A DNA stretch of 64,000 nt from a bacterium (GTDB lineage Bacteria > SAR324 > JACQKK01). Location of the stretch: positions 192,001 through 256,000 of the forward strand of contig OZ251219.1 in NCBI GenBank assembly GCA_965240465.1. Direction: 5' to 3'. The notes beneath the pieces were generated by a model. That model saw only the letters and a program-made list of their open reading frames with translations. It had not been told where the DNA came from and did no database searches. The first letter of the stretch is position 1. The number at the start of each line of letters is the position of its first letter. This document shows, piece after piece, positions 50,046-61,743 of this stretch. The translations under genes were made by a program, and so were the position numbers.

Positions 50046-51697
50046 GTATTGCCCAAGCGAGCTGCTCTCATCAGGGATACCCCTAGTGCATTTGCTGTTG
50101 TGATTTTTTGCCCGGTATCTTGATGAAGACCGTTACGCCAATGTTCTAGCAATTGTTGTGATAATACCTTTCCTAATTGTACTCCTTCTTGGTCAAATGA
50201 GTTGATATTCCACAAAAAGCCTTGAAAAACCACCTTGTGTTCATAAAAGGCTAGCAATGCTCCCATCACATATGGTGTCAGGCGGTCTGCCAACAGTAGC
50301 CAGCTAGGACGATTGCCGGGGAAAACTCGGTTTGGATTGTCGCTTTTTTGTCCTGAAGCGAGTGCCAGTACCTGTGCCAATAAATGGGCTAGCAGCTTCT
50401 GCTGGCTGGAAACACCACTTATTTTTGCGTCTTCGTGACACTGGGATTGGCGAAAGCCTATAAATTCACACGGTACAATTGATTCGCTCTGATGAATCAT
50501 CTGGTAGAAAGCGTGCTGTCCGTTGCTGCCTGGTTCTCCCCATACTACTGGTACGGTGGTAAAATCCACTTCCTTTCCAGTACGACTGATTCGTTTGCCA
50601 TTACTTTCCATTTCCAATTGTTGAAGATGAGCCGTAAATCTAATCAGGGACTCGCTGTATGGGAGTACTGCTACGGTTTCCATCCCCAATCCATTGCGAT
50701 TCCAAATCCCCAATAAGGCTGCCGTCAGCGGCAGATTTTTCTTAGGTTCAGCGGTATAAGCATGCAAATCCATCTCACGTGCCCCGCGTAGAATCTGCTT
50801 GAAATTTTCCATTCCCAATCCAAAACCCAAGCTCACCCCTCCCACCATGGAAGTAACACTAAAACGACCCCCCACATAATCAAACATTTCAAATGTTTCC
50901 AAGTAATCACCGCGACCCTCCATAGGGCTGCCTTTTCCGGTAACGCAGATAAAATGCCGCTGATCTTCTAAACCTTGTGCCTTAAAATAAGAGCGTGCCC
51001 TTAATTCATTAGTTAGGGTTTCCATTGTATTTCCACTCTTAGAAACCACGTTCACTAAGGTCCGAGATAAATTCAATCCCCTAAGTACCACCACCAATGC
51101 ATCTGGATCAACATTAGACACATAATGTACTCGCCTTTCCCGAATTCCAAATGTTTGCAAGGCTAAGTACATTGCCTTAGCACCTAAATCAGACCCTCCA
51201 ATGCCAATATTAACTAGATCGGTAAATGGCTGTTGTTCTTGATTAATCAATACCTTATCGTCTAGCTTTTTTAGAAAGGAATCCAATTTATCAAATTGTA
51301 CCCGGGCATCTAGCTGTGCTTGAGAGGTCTTTTCCATATCCTCTGGCCAAGTCAGATCATCAAACACCTGACGACTAGCTGTGTGTAGTACCTGACGATT
51401 TTCACTTTCTACCCCCGCAATTGTATTCATCACTTCCCCTGCTACCATCTGTTTAAATTGCTGCTGTATATTTGTTTGGCACGCCAAATTATACAATTCG
51501 CCCATTACAATTTCATCTACCCGCTGAGTACCATACAAAAAATCAAACCCGCAGGCTTGCAATCGCATACTCCCTATCCGTTGTGGAGTGAGAACCTGGC
51601 TGTCAGTCAAATCTACAGGCCGACCCGCCAATCTCTGCAAGGTCTTCCAAGCAGAGACATCCTTGAAACATTTATAATTAGATATTACTGCAGACAT
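50042..51697 (-). CDS. pgi: Glucose-6-phosphate isomerase
   Basis: GIGGSDLG, VGGRFS, MESNGK, FDQEGVQLGK. Confidence 0.97.
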   Translation of the reverse strand: MSAVISNYKCFKDVSAWKTLQRLAGRPVDLTDSQVLTPQRIGSMRLQACGFDFLYGTQRVDEIVMGELYNLACQTNIQQQFKQMVAGEVMNTIAGVESENRQVLHTASRQVFDDLTWPEDMEKTSQAQLDARVQFDKLDSFLKKLDDKVLINQEQQPFTDLVNIGIGGSDLGAKAMYLALQTFGIRERRVHYVSNVDPDALVVVLRGLNLSRTLVNVVSKSGNTMETLTNELRARSYFKAQGLEDQRHFICVTGKGSPMEGRGDYLETFEMFDYVGGRFSVTSMVGGVSLGFGLGMENFKQILRGAREMDLHAYTAEPKKNLPLTAALLGIWNRNGLGMETVAVLPYSESLIRFTAHLQQLEMESNGKRISRTGKEVDFTTVPVVWGEPGSNGQHAFYQMIHQSESIVPCEFIGFRQSQCHEDAKISGVSSQQKLLAHLLAQVLALASGQKSDNPNRVFPGNRPSWLLLADRLTPYVMGALLAFYEHKVVFQGFLWNINSFDQEGVQLGKVLSQQLLEHWRNGLHQDTGQKITTANALGVSLMRAARLGNT

Positions 51698-52009
51698 AAT
51701 TTTTTATTTATTAGCACCCATGTTATTTATCCCTCAAACGTATATCTATTATAGCCCAATGATAAAAATTAAAGTACGTACTAAAAAAACATCAATGTTT
51801 CCCTCACTAAAAAGGATTTCTTGCTTATTACTATCAAAAAATTATACAATAAGGTCACCAGTAGTACTGGGTTAGAATTCCCTTATAGAGTATTCTTGGG
51901 GTACTGGCTTTATAGTTGCATGAGAATTGTTAATTATTCCTTACAATTTCATAAGCTATAACGGCATTCTTTAGGATGTAGAACACCGCTCTATCATTTT
52001 ATTTATCAG

Positions 52010-54265
52010 TTGAGTGCCATGAAAACACCCTTACCAACGGTGGTCCATCCTGACGAATTACCCCTGCATAATAAAGGTGCCCACACGATTTACTCGCCTG
52101 ACCAGCAAGATAAAAATGACCCCTACCAGCGTTTTAAGGTACTCAGAAAATACTCTAAAAATTTAAGATCATTAAAATATTCAATTTATAAATGCCACAA
52201 CAAAGTTGGTTTTCGCCCCAAACGAATGCTGGCTCGTGCCTTAGCTGATGCCCGTAGTGGTCATCGGGGGCAGTGGAGAATTTCAGAGGAACCTTATATT
52301 TTACATCCTATGCGAGTAGCCCTGATGACCGCCCAGGCAGGACTGGGGGTGGAGGCTACCGTGGTGGCCTTACTGCATGATTTGATTGAAGACACCTCAT
52401 TTACCAAAACACAAATGAAGCAAACCTACGGTTCTTCAATTGCTGACATGGTAGAAGGTCTCACCAAGGTACGTCAGGTGAAAGAGGGCCCCCAGGGGAC
52501 GAGTGCGTTGCCCGTGTTTGCGACTTATCGCCGCCTTATTTCGCAGTCAGTACGGGATATTCGTACTTTGCAGGTAAAATTGTTTGATCGTCTAGACAAC
52601 ATGCGAGATCTGGAGCCTTTGTCCAGAGGCAAACAAAGGATCATCAGCCGCGAGACATGGGGAGTTTACGTACCAATGGCTGAGAGGATAGGCATGCAAA
52701 ACATATCAACAGAATTATCTTCATTGGCATTTCGTTATCTTTACCCCTTGCGTTACTCCAAGGTGGAAGCCCTATTGAAAGAAAAAAAGAAGGAAGAATC
52801 TGTTAAGGTGCGAGGACTTTGTCGCTTATTGGAAAAAGAATTAATACCTGTAACTAAAACACCAGTAGTTGAACCCATTTATCATATAGCTTCAGAATTC
52901 ATAATTAGTGATGATGTTCCCAGTTGCAGTTTTAAGGGGATAGAAATTACTGCTCAAAACGCAAAGACCTGTTACATAATACTGGGGCATCTCCACATGA
53001 TTTTTCGTGTTTCCCCCCTTAGCATTCGTGATTACATAAGTAATCCCTTGCCGAACCATTATCAGGCTTTGCACACAGAAATGTTTATAGGGGGAGAAAA
53101 AGTTTTTTTCCGCTTGGTGTCTTCTCAAATGAAACACACTAATCAGCTTGGCATTATAGCGGGTTGGAAAGGAAGTCAGGAAGAATTGGAACACTACTAC
53201 TCCAGCTATCTGGGGATGTTAGATAACTATCATGAAGATAACCTGCGAATGGAAGATGTGTTACGTCAGTCCAAAATGGATACCTTGCAAGTATTTACTC
53301 CCAAAGGAGATCTGCATACCCTTCCCGCTGGTGCCAGTGTGCTGGATTTTGCCTTTGCTATTCACACAGACCTGGGACTGCATTGTTGCGGAGCCAAAAT
53401 ATACAATAAACGCACCACCCCCTTTCAAATTCTGAATGATGGAGATGTAGTGAAAATTCTCTCTCGTGCTGATACCTTCCCAAGTTCTTCATGGCTACAA
53501 TATGTGCGTTCCAACCGTGCAAAATTGAGCATTCGTCGCTGGATCAATTATCGCACAGACAGAAACATCCGCATTATAGGACGGCAACGCATGCAAAATA
53601 TACTCAAAGATGTCCTCCCTTCAGCTCCTACCTCAAAAATACGCCGTGTGTTCTTGAAGGCTCTGCAAAAAGAAAACCTCAGACTTAAGTCTTTCTATTT
53701 TCAAGTGGGAGAAGGAAAAATAGATGCCCGCCTATTCTTCCTTAAGCATCAAATTTTTTCTAAGTCCCAGCTAAATATGCTCCAAACACAAAAAACTCCT
53801 CGTTGGATTTCCTGGTTCCAAAAAAGAGCCATCCAACCTCAACTTAAATTAAAACATAACTCAGAATCTCTTAGCATTATCAACCTTGCTCCATGCTGCC
53901 TACCACTCCCCGGAGATGAAGTCATTGCAGTCCAGAAAAAACACCAACTAACCATCCATCGTACCAATTGTGAACAGATATCTCTCATACTACCGCAGCA
54001 TCGTATCAACATTTCTTGGCAAGAATTTGAAAACAACCATCCTCCAGCCCTGCATATCCGTGTTTGGGAAAGCGGGCCCGGGCAGATATTATCCATCGCT
54101 CGTAGCCTCCGCGGATTCAACATCAGCAATATACAAACAGATACGCGTGTCACCGATAAAATTACCATACAGATGGGAGACATGAGCTTAAAAAATTTCC
54201 GTAGCATCGTTCAACGCTTGCGTGCATTGAAACCAGTCAAGGAAGTAAATATATCAAAACCTTGA
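52010..54265 (+). CDS. Long RelA/SpoT homolog with intact HD hydrolase and degenerate synthetase
   Basis: EPYILHP, LHDLIEDT, DRLDN; TGS VFTPKG..DFAFAIHT; CC zinc-finger; synthetase motifs eroded. Confidence 0.9.
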   Translation: MSAMKTPLPTVVHPDELPLHNKGAHTIYSPDQQDKNDPYQRFKVLRKYSKNLRSLKYSIYKCHNKVGFRPKRMLARALADARSGHRGQWRISEEPYILHPMRVALMTAQAGLGVEATVVALLHDLIEDTSFTKTQMKQTYGSSIADMVEGLTKVRQVKEGPQGTSALPVFATYRRLISQSVRDIRTLQVKLFDRLDNMRDLEPLSRGKQRIISRETWGVYVPMAERIGMQNISTELSSLAFRYLYPLRYSKVEALLKEKKKEESVKVRGLCRLLEKELIPVTKTPVVEPIYHIASEFIISDDVPSCSFKGIEITAQNAKTCYIILGHLHMIFRVSPLSIRDYISNPLPNHYQALHTEMFIGGEKVFFRLVSSQMKHTNQLGIIAGWKGSQEELEHYYSSYLGMLDNYHEDNLRMEDVLRQSKMDTLQVFTPKGDLHTLPAGASVLDFAFAIHTDLGLHCCGAKIYNKRTTPFQILNDGDVVKILSRADTFPSSSWLQYVRSNRAKLSIRRWINYRTDRNIRIIGRQRMQNILKDVLPSAPTSKIRRVFLKALQKENLRLKSFYFQVGEGKIDARLFFLKHQIFSKSQLNMLQTQKTPRWISWFQKRAIQPQLKLKHNSESLSIINLAPCCLPLPGDEVIAVQKKHQLTIHRTNCEQISLILPQHRINISWQEFENNHPPALHIRVWESGPGQILSIARSLRGFNISNIQTDTRVTDKITIQMGDMSLKNFRSIVQRLRALKPVKEVNISKP

Positions 54266-54339
54266 AACAATCCTTATCCTCTAAAAATATCCAAATTACA
54301 TCCCTTAGTTACAATTCTTAGTTATTTGTCATGAGCTAG

Positions 54340-57300
54340 TTATTCAGATATAGCCAAGGCCTGCTTAACCTGAAAGTCTTGAGACAACGGATGATAACTC
54401 AGCTTAGATTGATTCCTAATACTCCATAAGGATTCCACCAGAGTGCGAGATGCTTCAATAGTGGTATAGTACGGTATCTGATAATTTAATAACATTCTGC
54501 GAAAATGATATGGTTCTAAGTATTGTTTCTTGGAGCTGGTAGTATTGATCACTAAGGAAATTTCTTGGCGTGCCATGGCCTCAAAGAGGATTTGCGAGCC
54601 TTTTCCGTGCATACTTACTGTGCGTATGTTTTTAAGTCCAGCACTGATAAGGACCTGATGAGTACCCTTGGTAGCCAGTATTTTATATCCCAGCTGTTGC
54701 AATGTTTTTGCCAAGGGTGCCATATGAATTTTATCTTCATTACGTACGCCTATAAAGACACTGCCTTCCAGACGCATTAAGGGGAAAGCTGCCAGTTGTG
54801 ATTTAATAAATGCTTCAGCAAAATTATTTCCATGCCCCATAACTTCTCCTGTAGAGAGCATTTCTGGTCCCAGTTTCAGTTCTACCCCTGGCAATTTGGA
54901 AAAGGGAAATACCGTTTCCTTCACTGCAAAATAGTTACCCGGTTGAGGCAAACAAAAATTTTCTGCTAGCTTAGCCCCAATCATAAGATGAGTAGCCAGC
55001 TGAGCAACAGGCATTCCCACCGACTTGCTAACAAAAGGGACGGTACGCGAAGCACGTGGATTAACCTCTAGTAGCAATACCTGATTGTCTTTCACTGTAA
55101 ACTGAATGTTCATCAAGCCCACCACTCTCAATTCCAAGGCCAGCATCTCAGATTGAGAACGCATAGCTTCTTGCACCTCTAGAGATAAACTATGAGGTGG
55201 CAAAACACAGGCACTATCTCCAGAATGAACTCCCGCATTTTCAATATGCTCCATCATTCCTACCACCATAGCGCGCTGACCATCACAGATAACATCTACA
55301 TCCACCTCTTCAGCATTTTCTATAAAGCTATCCAGTAGTACTGGATGTCGCGGAGAAACCTTAGCTACCTGGTGAAAGAATTGCTTTAGTTCCTCTTCAT
55401 CACGTATCACCTGCATAGCCCGTCCCCCCAGTACATAGGAAGGACGCATAATCAAAGGATAACCAACCTCTCTGGCACAAATAATAGCATCGGACAAGGA
55501 AGAAGTCGTTTTACAACGAGGCTGACACAGATTAAGTTTCTCAACCAACTCAGAAAATCTTTGGCGATTTTCAGTACGGTCAATGCTGTCATAGCTGGTA
55601 CCCAGTATCGGTACTCCCGCTTCCTCTAGAGCTTGTGCGAGTTTCAATGGAGTTTGCCCTCCTAGCTGTACAATAACTCCATCGGGGGCTTCCAGCTTGA
55701 TAACCTCTAAGACATCTTCCAGAGTGATTGGCTCAAAGTAGAGCCGATGTGAAACATCGTAATCAGTGCTGACAGTCTCAGGATTGCAGTTCACCATTAT
55801 GGACTTCCAACCTGCTTCTTTCAGAGCCAGTGCAGCATGGACACAGCAATAGTCAAACTCTATTCCTTGACCGATCCGATTAGGTCCGCCGCCTAAGATA
55901 ATCGCTTTAGGACCTGTGAGAGGAGTGGCCTCATTTTCTTCTTCGTAACAGGAATAAAAATACGGGGTAGAGGCCTGGAATTCAGCTGCACAGGTATCTA
56001 CTTTTTTGAAAACTGGTCTCACTTTCAGTTGATGACGGTGTTTGCGTACTTGTTCTTCTGTTTGGTTGAGTAATTTTGCTATTCTGGAGTCAGAAAAGCC
56101 CCAACATTTCCAGGTTCGCATTTCTTGGAATTGAACACTTGAAATATCTCGGGTAGCAATTTGTTTTTCTGCCTCTACTAGTTGACGTATTTGAGTAATA
56201 AACCAAGGGTCTATGTCACTAATACGATTCACTTCAACCTCAGAAAACCCCCTGCGAAGTGCTTCTGCCACGATCAACAATCTTCTGGGAGTGGGATAGG
56301 CTAGTTCCTGACGTAAGATTTGTGCTGCTTCATTTTCATCCTTGGGTAGCAAAGGTGATATGAGTCCATCTTGTTCTAGTTCCAAGGAGCGCAGTGCTTT
56401 TTGCAAGCTTTCTTTAAAAATTCGTCCGATTGCCATCACCTCTCCCACCGATTTCATTTGCATTCCCAGTTGTAGTCCGGCACCGGGAAATTTTTCCAAA
56501 GAGAAACGCGGAATTTTTGTTACTACATAATCGATAGCTGGTTCAAAACAAGCGAGGGTTTTTTTAGTGATATCATTACATAGTTCATCCAAGGTAAAGC
56601 CTATCGCTAATTTTGTGGCTATCTTGGCAATGGGGAATCCAGTAGCCTTAGAAGCCAAAGCACTGGAACGAGATACGCGTGGGTTCATTTCAATAACCCG
56701 TATCTCTCCATTATGAGGATTAATGGCAAATTGAATGTTAGATCCACCGGTATCCACCCCTATTTCACGGATAATAGCCAGTGATAAATCACGCAGTTTT
56801 TGATATTCCTTATCACTCAAAGTTTGTGCAGGAGCTACAGTAATGCTATCCCCGGTATGGATACCCATGGGATCTAGGTTTTCAATAGCACAAACAATCA
56901 CCACATTGTCTTTGCTGTCCCGCATTACTTCCATTTCAAATTCTTTCCATCCCAAGACAGATTCTTCCACCAGCACCTGTTTTAGCGGAGAAGCTATCAG
57001 AGCAAGATTTAGCAGCTGAGCTAGATCTTCCTCATTATGAGATATGCCTCCACCCGTTCCCCCCAACGTGAAAGAGGGCCTGACAATGGTAGGCAAACCA
57101 ATCTTGCGTGCAACCAACAAGCCCTCTTCCACCGATGACACCACCGCACTACGAGGAACAACAGCACCTATGCGTTTCATGGCAGCACTAAATATCTGAC
57201 GATCTTCAGCTTTGTTGATAGAATCTATCCCTGCACCTATCAATTTTATCTTGTGTTTCTGTAGAATTCCCTCCTTATGCAACTGTAAGGTTAGGTTCAA

Positions 57301-57585
57301 GGCTACCTGTCCTCCCACAGTCGGCAACAAGGAATCGGGATGCTCTTGCTCAATTATATTTTTCAAGGTAGCTGTTGTAAGCGGTTCCATATAGGTTCGG
57401 GCCGCCATTTTTGGATCTGTCATTATAGTAGCTGGATTACTATTCACCAACACCACCCGCAAACCTTCTTCATTCAAAGCACGACAAGCCTGAGTACCAC
57501 TGTAATCAAACTCTGAAGCCTGACCAATGACAATTGGCCCAGAACCAATTACCAGCACTGTATTGATGTCTTTGCACTTAGGCAT
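54340..57585 (-). CDS. carB: Carbamoyl-phosphate synthase large subunit
   Basis: [43 protein letters not shown]. Confidence 0.98.
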   Translation of the reverse strand: MPKCKDINTVLVIGSGPIVIGQASEFDYSGTQACRALNEEGLRVVLVNSNPATIMTDPKMAARTYMEPLTTATLKNIIEQEHPDSLLPTVGGQVALNLTLQLHKEGILQKHKIKLIGAGIDSINKAEDRQIFSAAMKRIGAVVPRSAVVSSVEEGLLVARKIGLPTIVRPSFTLGGTGGGISHNEEDLAQLLNLALIASPLKQVLVEESVLGWKEFEMEVMRDSKDNVVIVCAIENLDPMGIHTGDSITVAPAQTLSDKEYQKLRDLSLAIIREIGVDTGGSNIQFAINPHNGEIRVIEMNPRVSRSSALASKATGFPIAKIATKLAIGFTLDELCNDITKKTLACFEPAIDYVVTKIPRFSLEKFPGAGLQLGMQMKSVGEVMAIGRIFKESLQKALRSLELEQDGLISPLLPKDENEAAQILRQELAYPTPRRLLIVAEALRRGFSEVEVNRISDIDPWFITQIRQLVEAEKQIATRDISSVQFQEMRTWKCWGFSDSRIAKLLNQTEEQVRKHRHQLKVRPVFKKVDTCAAEFQASTPYFYSCYEEENEATPLTGPKAIILGGGPNRIGQGIEFDYCCVHAALALKEAGWKSIMVNCNPETVSTDYDVSHRLYFEPITLEDVLEVIKLEAPDGVIVQLGGQTPLKLAQALEEAGVPILGTSYDSIDRTENRQRFSELVEKLNLCQPRCKTTSSLSDAIICAREVGYPLIMRPSYVLGGRAMQVIRDEEELKQFFHQVAKVSPRHPVLLDSFIENAEEVDVDVICDGQRAMVVGMMEHIENAGVHSGDSACVLPPHSLSLEVQEAMRSQSEMLALELRVVGLMNIQFTVKDNQVLLLEVNPRASRTVPFVSKSVGMPVAQLATHLMIGAKLAENFCLPQPGNYFAVKETVFPFSKLPGVELKLGPEMLSTGEVMGHGNNFAEAFIKSQLAAFPLMRLEGSVFIGVRNEDKIHMAPLAKTLQQLGYKILATKGTHQVLISAGLKNIRTVSMHGKGSQILFEAMARQEISLVINTTSSKKQYLEPYHFRRMLLNYQIPYYTTIEASRTLVESLWSIRNQSKLSYHPLSQDFQVKQALAISE

Positions 57586-57598
57586 AGCAATTGGGCTA

Positions 57599-58093
57599 TC
57601 AGGATATGCTTAAAAGAGGTCCAAAAAATTCGGCTAGTGCATGTCGGTACACATCGCGCTTAAAAGGAACTACCTCAGCAATGGCTTGTTGAGGTACTGA
57701 CCAACGCCAGCTATCAAATTCGGGTTTAGGATGCTGAACTAAAGAAATATCTTTTTCATTATTTGGCAATCGCACTAGAAACCAAGTTTGTTCTTGACCA
57801 TCGTAGCTGTATTTTTCAATTCCTGTTTGCCTAAGACGCTGCTTGACCTCAGGTGGATACACATAGCGAAGCTTATACGGCAACTGCTGCAAAATCTCTA
57901 TTTTATTTGCCCCTATTTCTTCTTGCAGTTCTCGTCTTATCCCTTGCTCAGGCACTTCGCCTTCCAAGAGACCTCCTTGAGGAAATTGCCAACGCTGCTC
58001 GATTAATTCATCCACCCGGCGAAATAACAATACCCGACGACATTCAGTATCGGTCACTACAGCACACACATTAGGACGAAACACTAGCATCAA
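57599..58093 (-). CDS. rppH: RNA pyrophosphohydrolase (Nudix)
   Basis: FRPNV, WQFPQGG, Nudix box [24 protein letters not shown]. Confidence 0.9.
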   Translation of the reverse strand: MMLVFRPNVCAVVTDTECRRVLLFRRVDELIEQRWQFPQGGLLEGEVPEQGIRRELQEEIGANKIEILQQLPYKLRYVYPPEVKQRLRQTGIEKYSYDGQEQTWFLVRLPNNEKDISLVQHPKPEFDSWRWSVPQQAIAEVVPFKRDVYRHALAEFFGPLLSIS

Positions 58094-58161
58094 TATCTCT
58101 CTAGATCGCTAGATTTTTAAATCTCTCACAGCAAGATTTACCAGTTTGTTGAATACATTTT

Positions 58162-58941
58162 CTAAACTCTCGCCCGTATTTTAGTCTGCCAGTTAGTCAA
58201 CATATCTGGCTTTAGTAGCGATAGGTACAACAATGTTTGAACCGCAGCCCCAAATGGATTAGCCAAAGAAGAAAAAATAACCACTAATAATGGAGATAAA
58301 GGTCCTGGAAAAAACGAATTCTGTATTAGTAGCAAAAGAAAAGGCTGCACTTTAACTATAAGAAATACTACCAAGAACAATCCTAAACTGGTGAAAAAAT
58401 CCGAACGAATCAAACCTACCGAACGTGCCATAGCCGCATGTGGTAAAGGATTATCCCATAATGCTGTACACACCACCAGCTGCAATAGAGTCCCCAACAG
58501 TATTCCGGGAATAATCAATAATATAAATCCCAACACACTGATAAAACTAGCAGCCGCGTACGTCAGCAATACCCCTACCCAAGGAACTCCCACTGCCAGT
58601 TTCAATAAACATTTTATCCCCAACGATCGCTTGTTTTTGCCGTCATCACTGGTATTCTCAAGCACCGCATACCCCGCTGCCAAAGTCAGCATCATCAAAG
58701 ATGCTCCATCGCTTAACACCGTCACCAATAAGTAAAAACCCAGTGTCACCCCTGATATTTTATCGCCTTGTAAATCCAAACCCAATAACATCAACAATAC
58801 CACCAGCTGTGGCAACAGGGCCAAGCTAAACCACAACGATAAATTCCGAACATATAATTTGCCTGCTAATTTCAATAGCTGAAATGCAGACATCCTTTTC
58901 AAGCTCAACAATTCCATGTTTTTCTCATTTGCAGCTATCAA
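58162..58941 (-). CDS. Hypothetical integral membrane protein
   Basis: About 6 TM segments; LLIIPGI motif. Confidence 0.75.
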   Translation of the reverse strand: MIAANEKNMELLSLKRMSAFQLLKLAGKLYVRNLSLWFSLALLPQLVVLLMLLGLDLQGDKISGVTLGFYLLVTVLSDGASLMMLTLAAGYAVLENTSDDGKNKRSLGIKCLLKLAVGVPWVGVLLTYAAASFISVLGFILLIIPGILLGTLLQLVVCTALWDNPLPHAAMARSVGLIRSDFFTSLGLFLVVFLIVKVQPFLLLLIQNSFFPGPLSPLLVVIFSSLANPFGAAVQTLLYLSLLKPDMLTNWQTKIRARV

Positions 58942-59411
58942 GTTCCACTGCTACCAAAACCACCCTCGCCCCGAGTAGTCTCTGTTGAACTATCCTTACT
59001 AACTACTTGTACACGCTCCAAACGACGCACCAATAGCTGGGCGATCCTTTTGCCTAGCAATTTATCAGCTGCTACTTTCGCACTGCTAGCCGTCCCTAAA
59101 TATCGCAGCACTGCCAAGATAGGACCCCGATAACCTGCATCAATCACCCCTACTCCATTGGCCAACATAAAATCCTCCTTGCACAAACTTGAGCGTGCTA
59201 CTACCTCGCAATAATACCCTGCCGGAGGCTCCACCGACAACCCGCAATCAAATGCAAACAAAGATTCCCCCCATTGCTCAACCAACATACCAGTTAAATC
59301 CCATCCCGCATCCCCTGCATAAGCACGCTTTAACCTAGGCACATCATCTAGGCGGTAAGACACCCTTAACTGCATATTGTTTGTTGCTTTATCTGCTTGC
59401 TGATGTTCCAT
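58938..59411 (-). CDS. dut: dUTPase
   Basis: DAGWDL, RSS, GVIDAGYRG, RIAQ, RGEGGFGSSG. Confidence 0.94.
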   Translation of the reverse strand: MEHQQADKATNNMQLRVSYRLDDVPRLKRAYAGDAGWDLTGMLVEQWGESLFAFDCGLSVEPPAGYYCEVVARSSLCKEDFMLANGVGVIDAGYRGPILAVLRYLGTASSAKVAADKLLGKRIAQLLVRRLERVQVVSKDSSTETTRGEGGFGSSGT

Positions 59412-59426
59412 TCTATTATTTCGAAT

Positions 59427-60236
59427 TTAGTCCTTCCGCCTTTTTTCAGCATCATCAAAACTTTCCTTCTTACTACGTCGTATATGCATCTGTTCTACAA
59501 ATGAAGCCCCCAGCAGACCCGATGAAAATGCCAGTACCAACACCCCAAATACCTGTAAGATACCTCCCAGAAAACGACCCAAGGGAGTGACGGGAACTAT
59601 ATCTCCATAACCAACCGTAGTCAAGGTGGTTACAGCCCACCAAAAAGAGGCTGTTAGGCTGTTAAAAACTTCTGGCTGAGCATCACCTTCCACGTAGTAC
59701 ATTAAGCTAGCAGAAAAAGAGAGGGCAAATAACCATAACACTACCAACATCCACAAATATTTTCCCAAGTACGTCATTGTTTCCTTTATCAAATCAAGAA
59801 CCAAGCTATGGCGTGCTAATTTAAAAACTCGCATTAGGCGTATAATCCGAATGAGCCGTAAATCTATCCCGAGCGAAAATAAAAAAGGTAGCAATACCAA
59901 TAGATCTAGTATCATCACTGGTTGCAAAATAAATTTGATTCTTACTTTGAGTCTACTGCGTTTTTTATTCTCATATGCCGTGCAAGACCAAACCCGTAAT
60001 AGATACTCTATCAGAAACACTGCCAATGAAAATTGCTCCAAACCTTGAAGCCAGAATTCATTAGTTATTTTTATCAGCCAATCTTCCAGCAGCAACGCCG
60101 TAAAATTGACGATTATTAAAAACACCAGAAAGCCACGCACCCCAACCGCCAATCTGCTGGAAGAAATCCTCTCTTCCAGTAGCTTAAACACATATCTGTG
60201 TAGCTGAGATAAACTTAGGGGGCGGCTATTGGTCAA
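59427..60236 (-). CDS. Voltage-gated-type potassium channel
   Basis: S4 segment LRLIRIIRLMRVFKLAR; selectivity filter TVGYGD. Confidence 0.92.
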   Translation of the reverse strand: MTNSRPLSLSQLHRYVFKLLEERISSSRLAVGVRGFLVFLIIVNFTALLLEDWLIKITNEFWLQGLEQFSLAVFLIEYLLRVWSCTAYENKKRSRLKVRIKFILQPVMILDLLVLLPFLFSLGIDLRLIRIIRLMRVFKLARHSLVLDLIKETMTYLGKYLWMLVVLWLFALSFSASLMYYVEGDAQPEVFNSLTASFWWAVTTLTTVGYGDIVPVTPLGRFLGGILQVFGVLVLAFSSGLLGASFVEQMHIRRSKKESFDDAEKRRKD

Positions 60237-60258
60237 CAGGATTGGCTTCTAAAGTGAA

Positions 60259-61743
60259 CTAATTTTTTTGCCAGCGTAAGATCGGATTGCGTGCTGCGTT
60301 AACCTCATCAAGGCGGCGGCGAGGAGTACAATGAGGCGCACTTTTTACCAACTCTGGATTTTCTTTTGCTTCAGACAGAATGGCATGAAAAGCTTCCACA
60401 AAGCGATCCAGTTCTGCCTTGGGTTCGGATTCTGTCGGTTCTATCATCAAGGCTCCGCTAACGGTAAGAGGAAAATATATGGTGGGAGGATGAAAACCAT
60501 AATCCAATAATCTCTTAGCGACATCCAAGGTGCTTACACCCAACTCTGCTAAGGTTTTATCGGTGAACACCACTTCATGCATGGTAGGCAAGTTGGTGCT
60601 ACATTGAAGTACATTTTGTAATTTGTACTTGAGATAATTGGCATTGAGTACTGCCACTCTACTCATGAGGCTCAAGCCATCTCCTCCCATAGCTTTGATG
60701 TAAGAAAGTGCCCGCAACAGTATGCCCGTGTTACCATAAAAAGCAACCAGCTTACCAACGCTATGGGGTTTATCCCAGTTGAGAACATAACGATCATTTT
60801 GAGCTTCAATCCTAGGGACAGGGAGAAAAGGTTCTAATTCTTTGGTGCATAAGCAAGGACCCGCTCCCGGACCTCCACCACCGTGAGGGGTAGAAAAAGT
60901 CTTGTGAAGATTGATGTGCATCACATCCATGCCATAATCCCCAGGGCGCGATACCCCAACCTGGGCGTTCATATTGGCACCATCACAATAAATATAACCA
61001 CCCTTGTCATGGACAATATCAACAATTGTTTTAATCTGGGGCTCAAAAATACCCAGGGTGTTAGGGTTGGTTAACATCAATCCTGCCACCCGCTCATCCA
61101 TTTGAGAGTGTAGGTGCTCAATATCCATAGTACCTTGCTCAGTACTCTTTAACTCTTTAACCTCAAAGCCTGCGATAACAGCACTGGCAGGATTGGTGCC
61201 ATGTGAACTATCGGGTATCAACATAATTGGTCTTTGCTCACCTTTTTGTTTAAGTCGGGTTCGGATCAGAAAAACACCTGTTAATTCTCCTTGGGCACCC
61301 GCAGCTGGTTGCAGAGAAACTGCATCAAAACCACTTATTTCCAATAATGCCTCTTGCAAATGCCACATAACCTCCATAGTTCCTTGTGCCAATTTATCAG
61401 GTGCTAGAGGATGGACATTCTGATAAGCCGGAATACGGGAAACTACCTCGTTGATGCGAGGATTGTACTTCATAGTGCAAGACCCTAAAGGATACATAGC
61501 AGCATCAATAGATACATTCATCTTGGACAAACGAGTAAAATGACGCACAGTTTCAAATTCCGACAGCTGCGGCAACCCACTTAAACCATCCGAACGCAAA
61601 GCAACCCCTTTTAGAACTTGATTAAGATCCACCGCAGAAACATCCAGTGGATCTAATTTGACCCCACCTTCTCCTTCTTCAAGATATTCAAAACTAAGCA
61701 ACTGTTCTTGAATCATCCCCCCAAGAGTAACATGCTTACTCAT
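60259..61743 (-). CDS. gcvPB: Glycine dehydrogenase subunit 2
   Basis: PLGSCTMKYN, HGTNPAS, NLHKTFSTPHGGGGPG. Confidence 0.96.
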   Translation of the reverse strand: MSKHVTLGGMIQEQLLSFEYLEEGEGGVKLDPLDVSAVDLNQVLKGVALRSDGLSGLPQLSEFETVRHFTRLSKMNVSIDAAMYPLGSCTMKYNPRINEVVSRIPAYQNVHPLAPDKLAQGTMEVMWHLQEALLEISGFDAVSLQPAAGAQGELTGVFLIRTRLKQKGEQRPIMLIPDSSHGTNPASAVIAGFEVKELKSTEQGTMDIEHLHSQMDERVAGLMLTNPNTLGIFEPQIKTIVDIVHDKGGYIYCDGANMNAQVGVSRPGDYGMDVMHINLHKTFSTPHGGGGPGAGPCLCTKELEPFLPVPRIEAQNDRYVLNWDKPHSVGKLVAFYGNTGILLRALSYIKAMGGDGLSLMSRVAVLNANYLKYKLQNVLQCSTNLPTMHEVVFTDKTLAELGVSTLDVAKRLLDYGFHPPTIYFPLTVSGALMIEPTESEPKAELDRFVEAFHAILSEAKENPELVKSAPHCTPRRRLDEVNAARNPILRWQKN

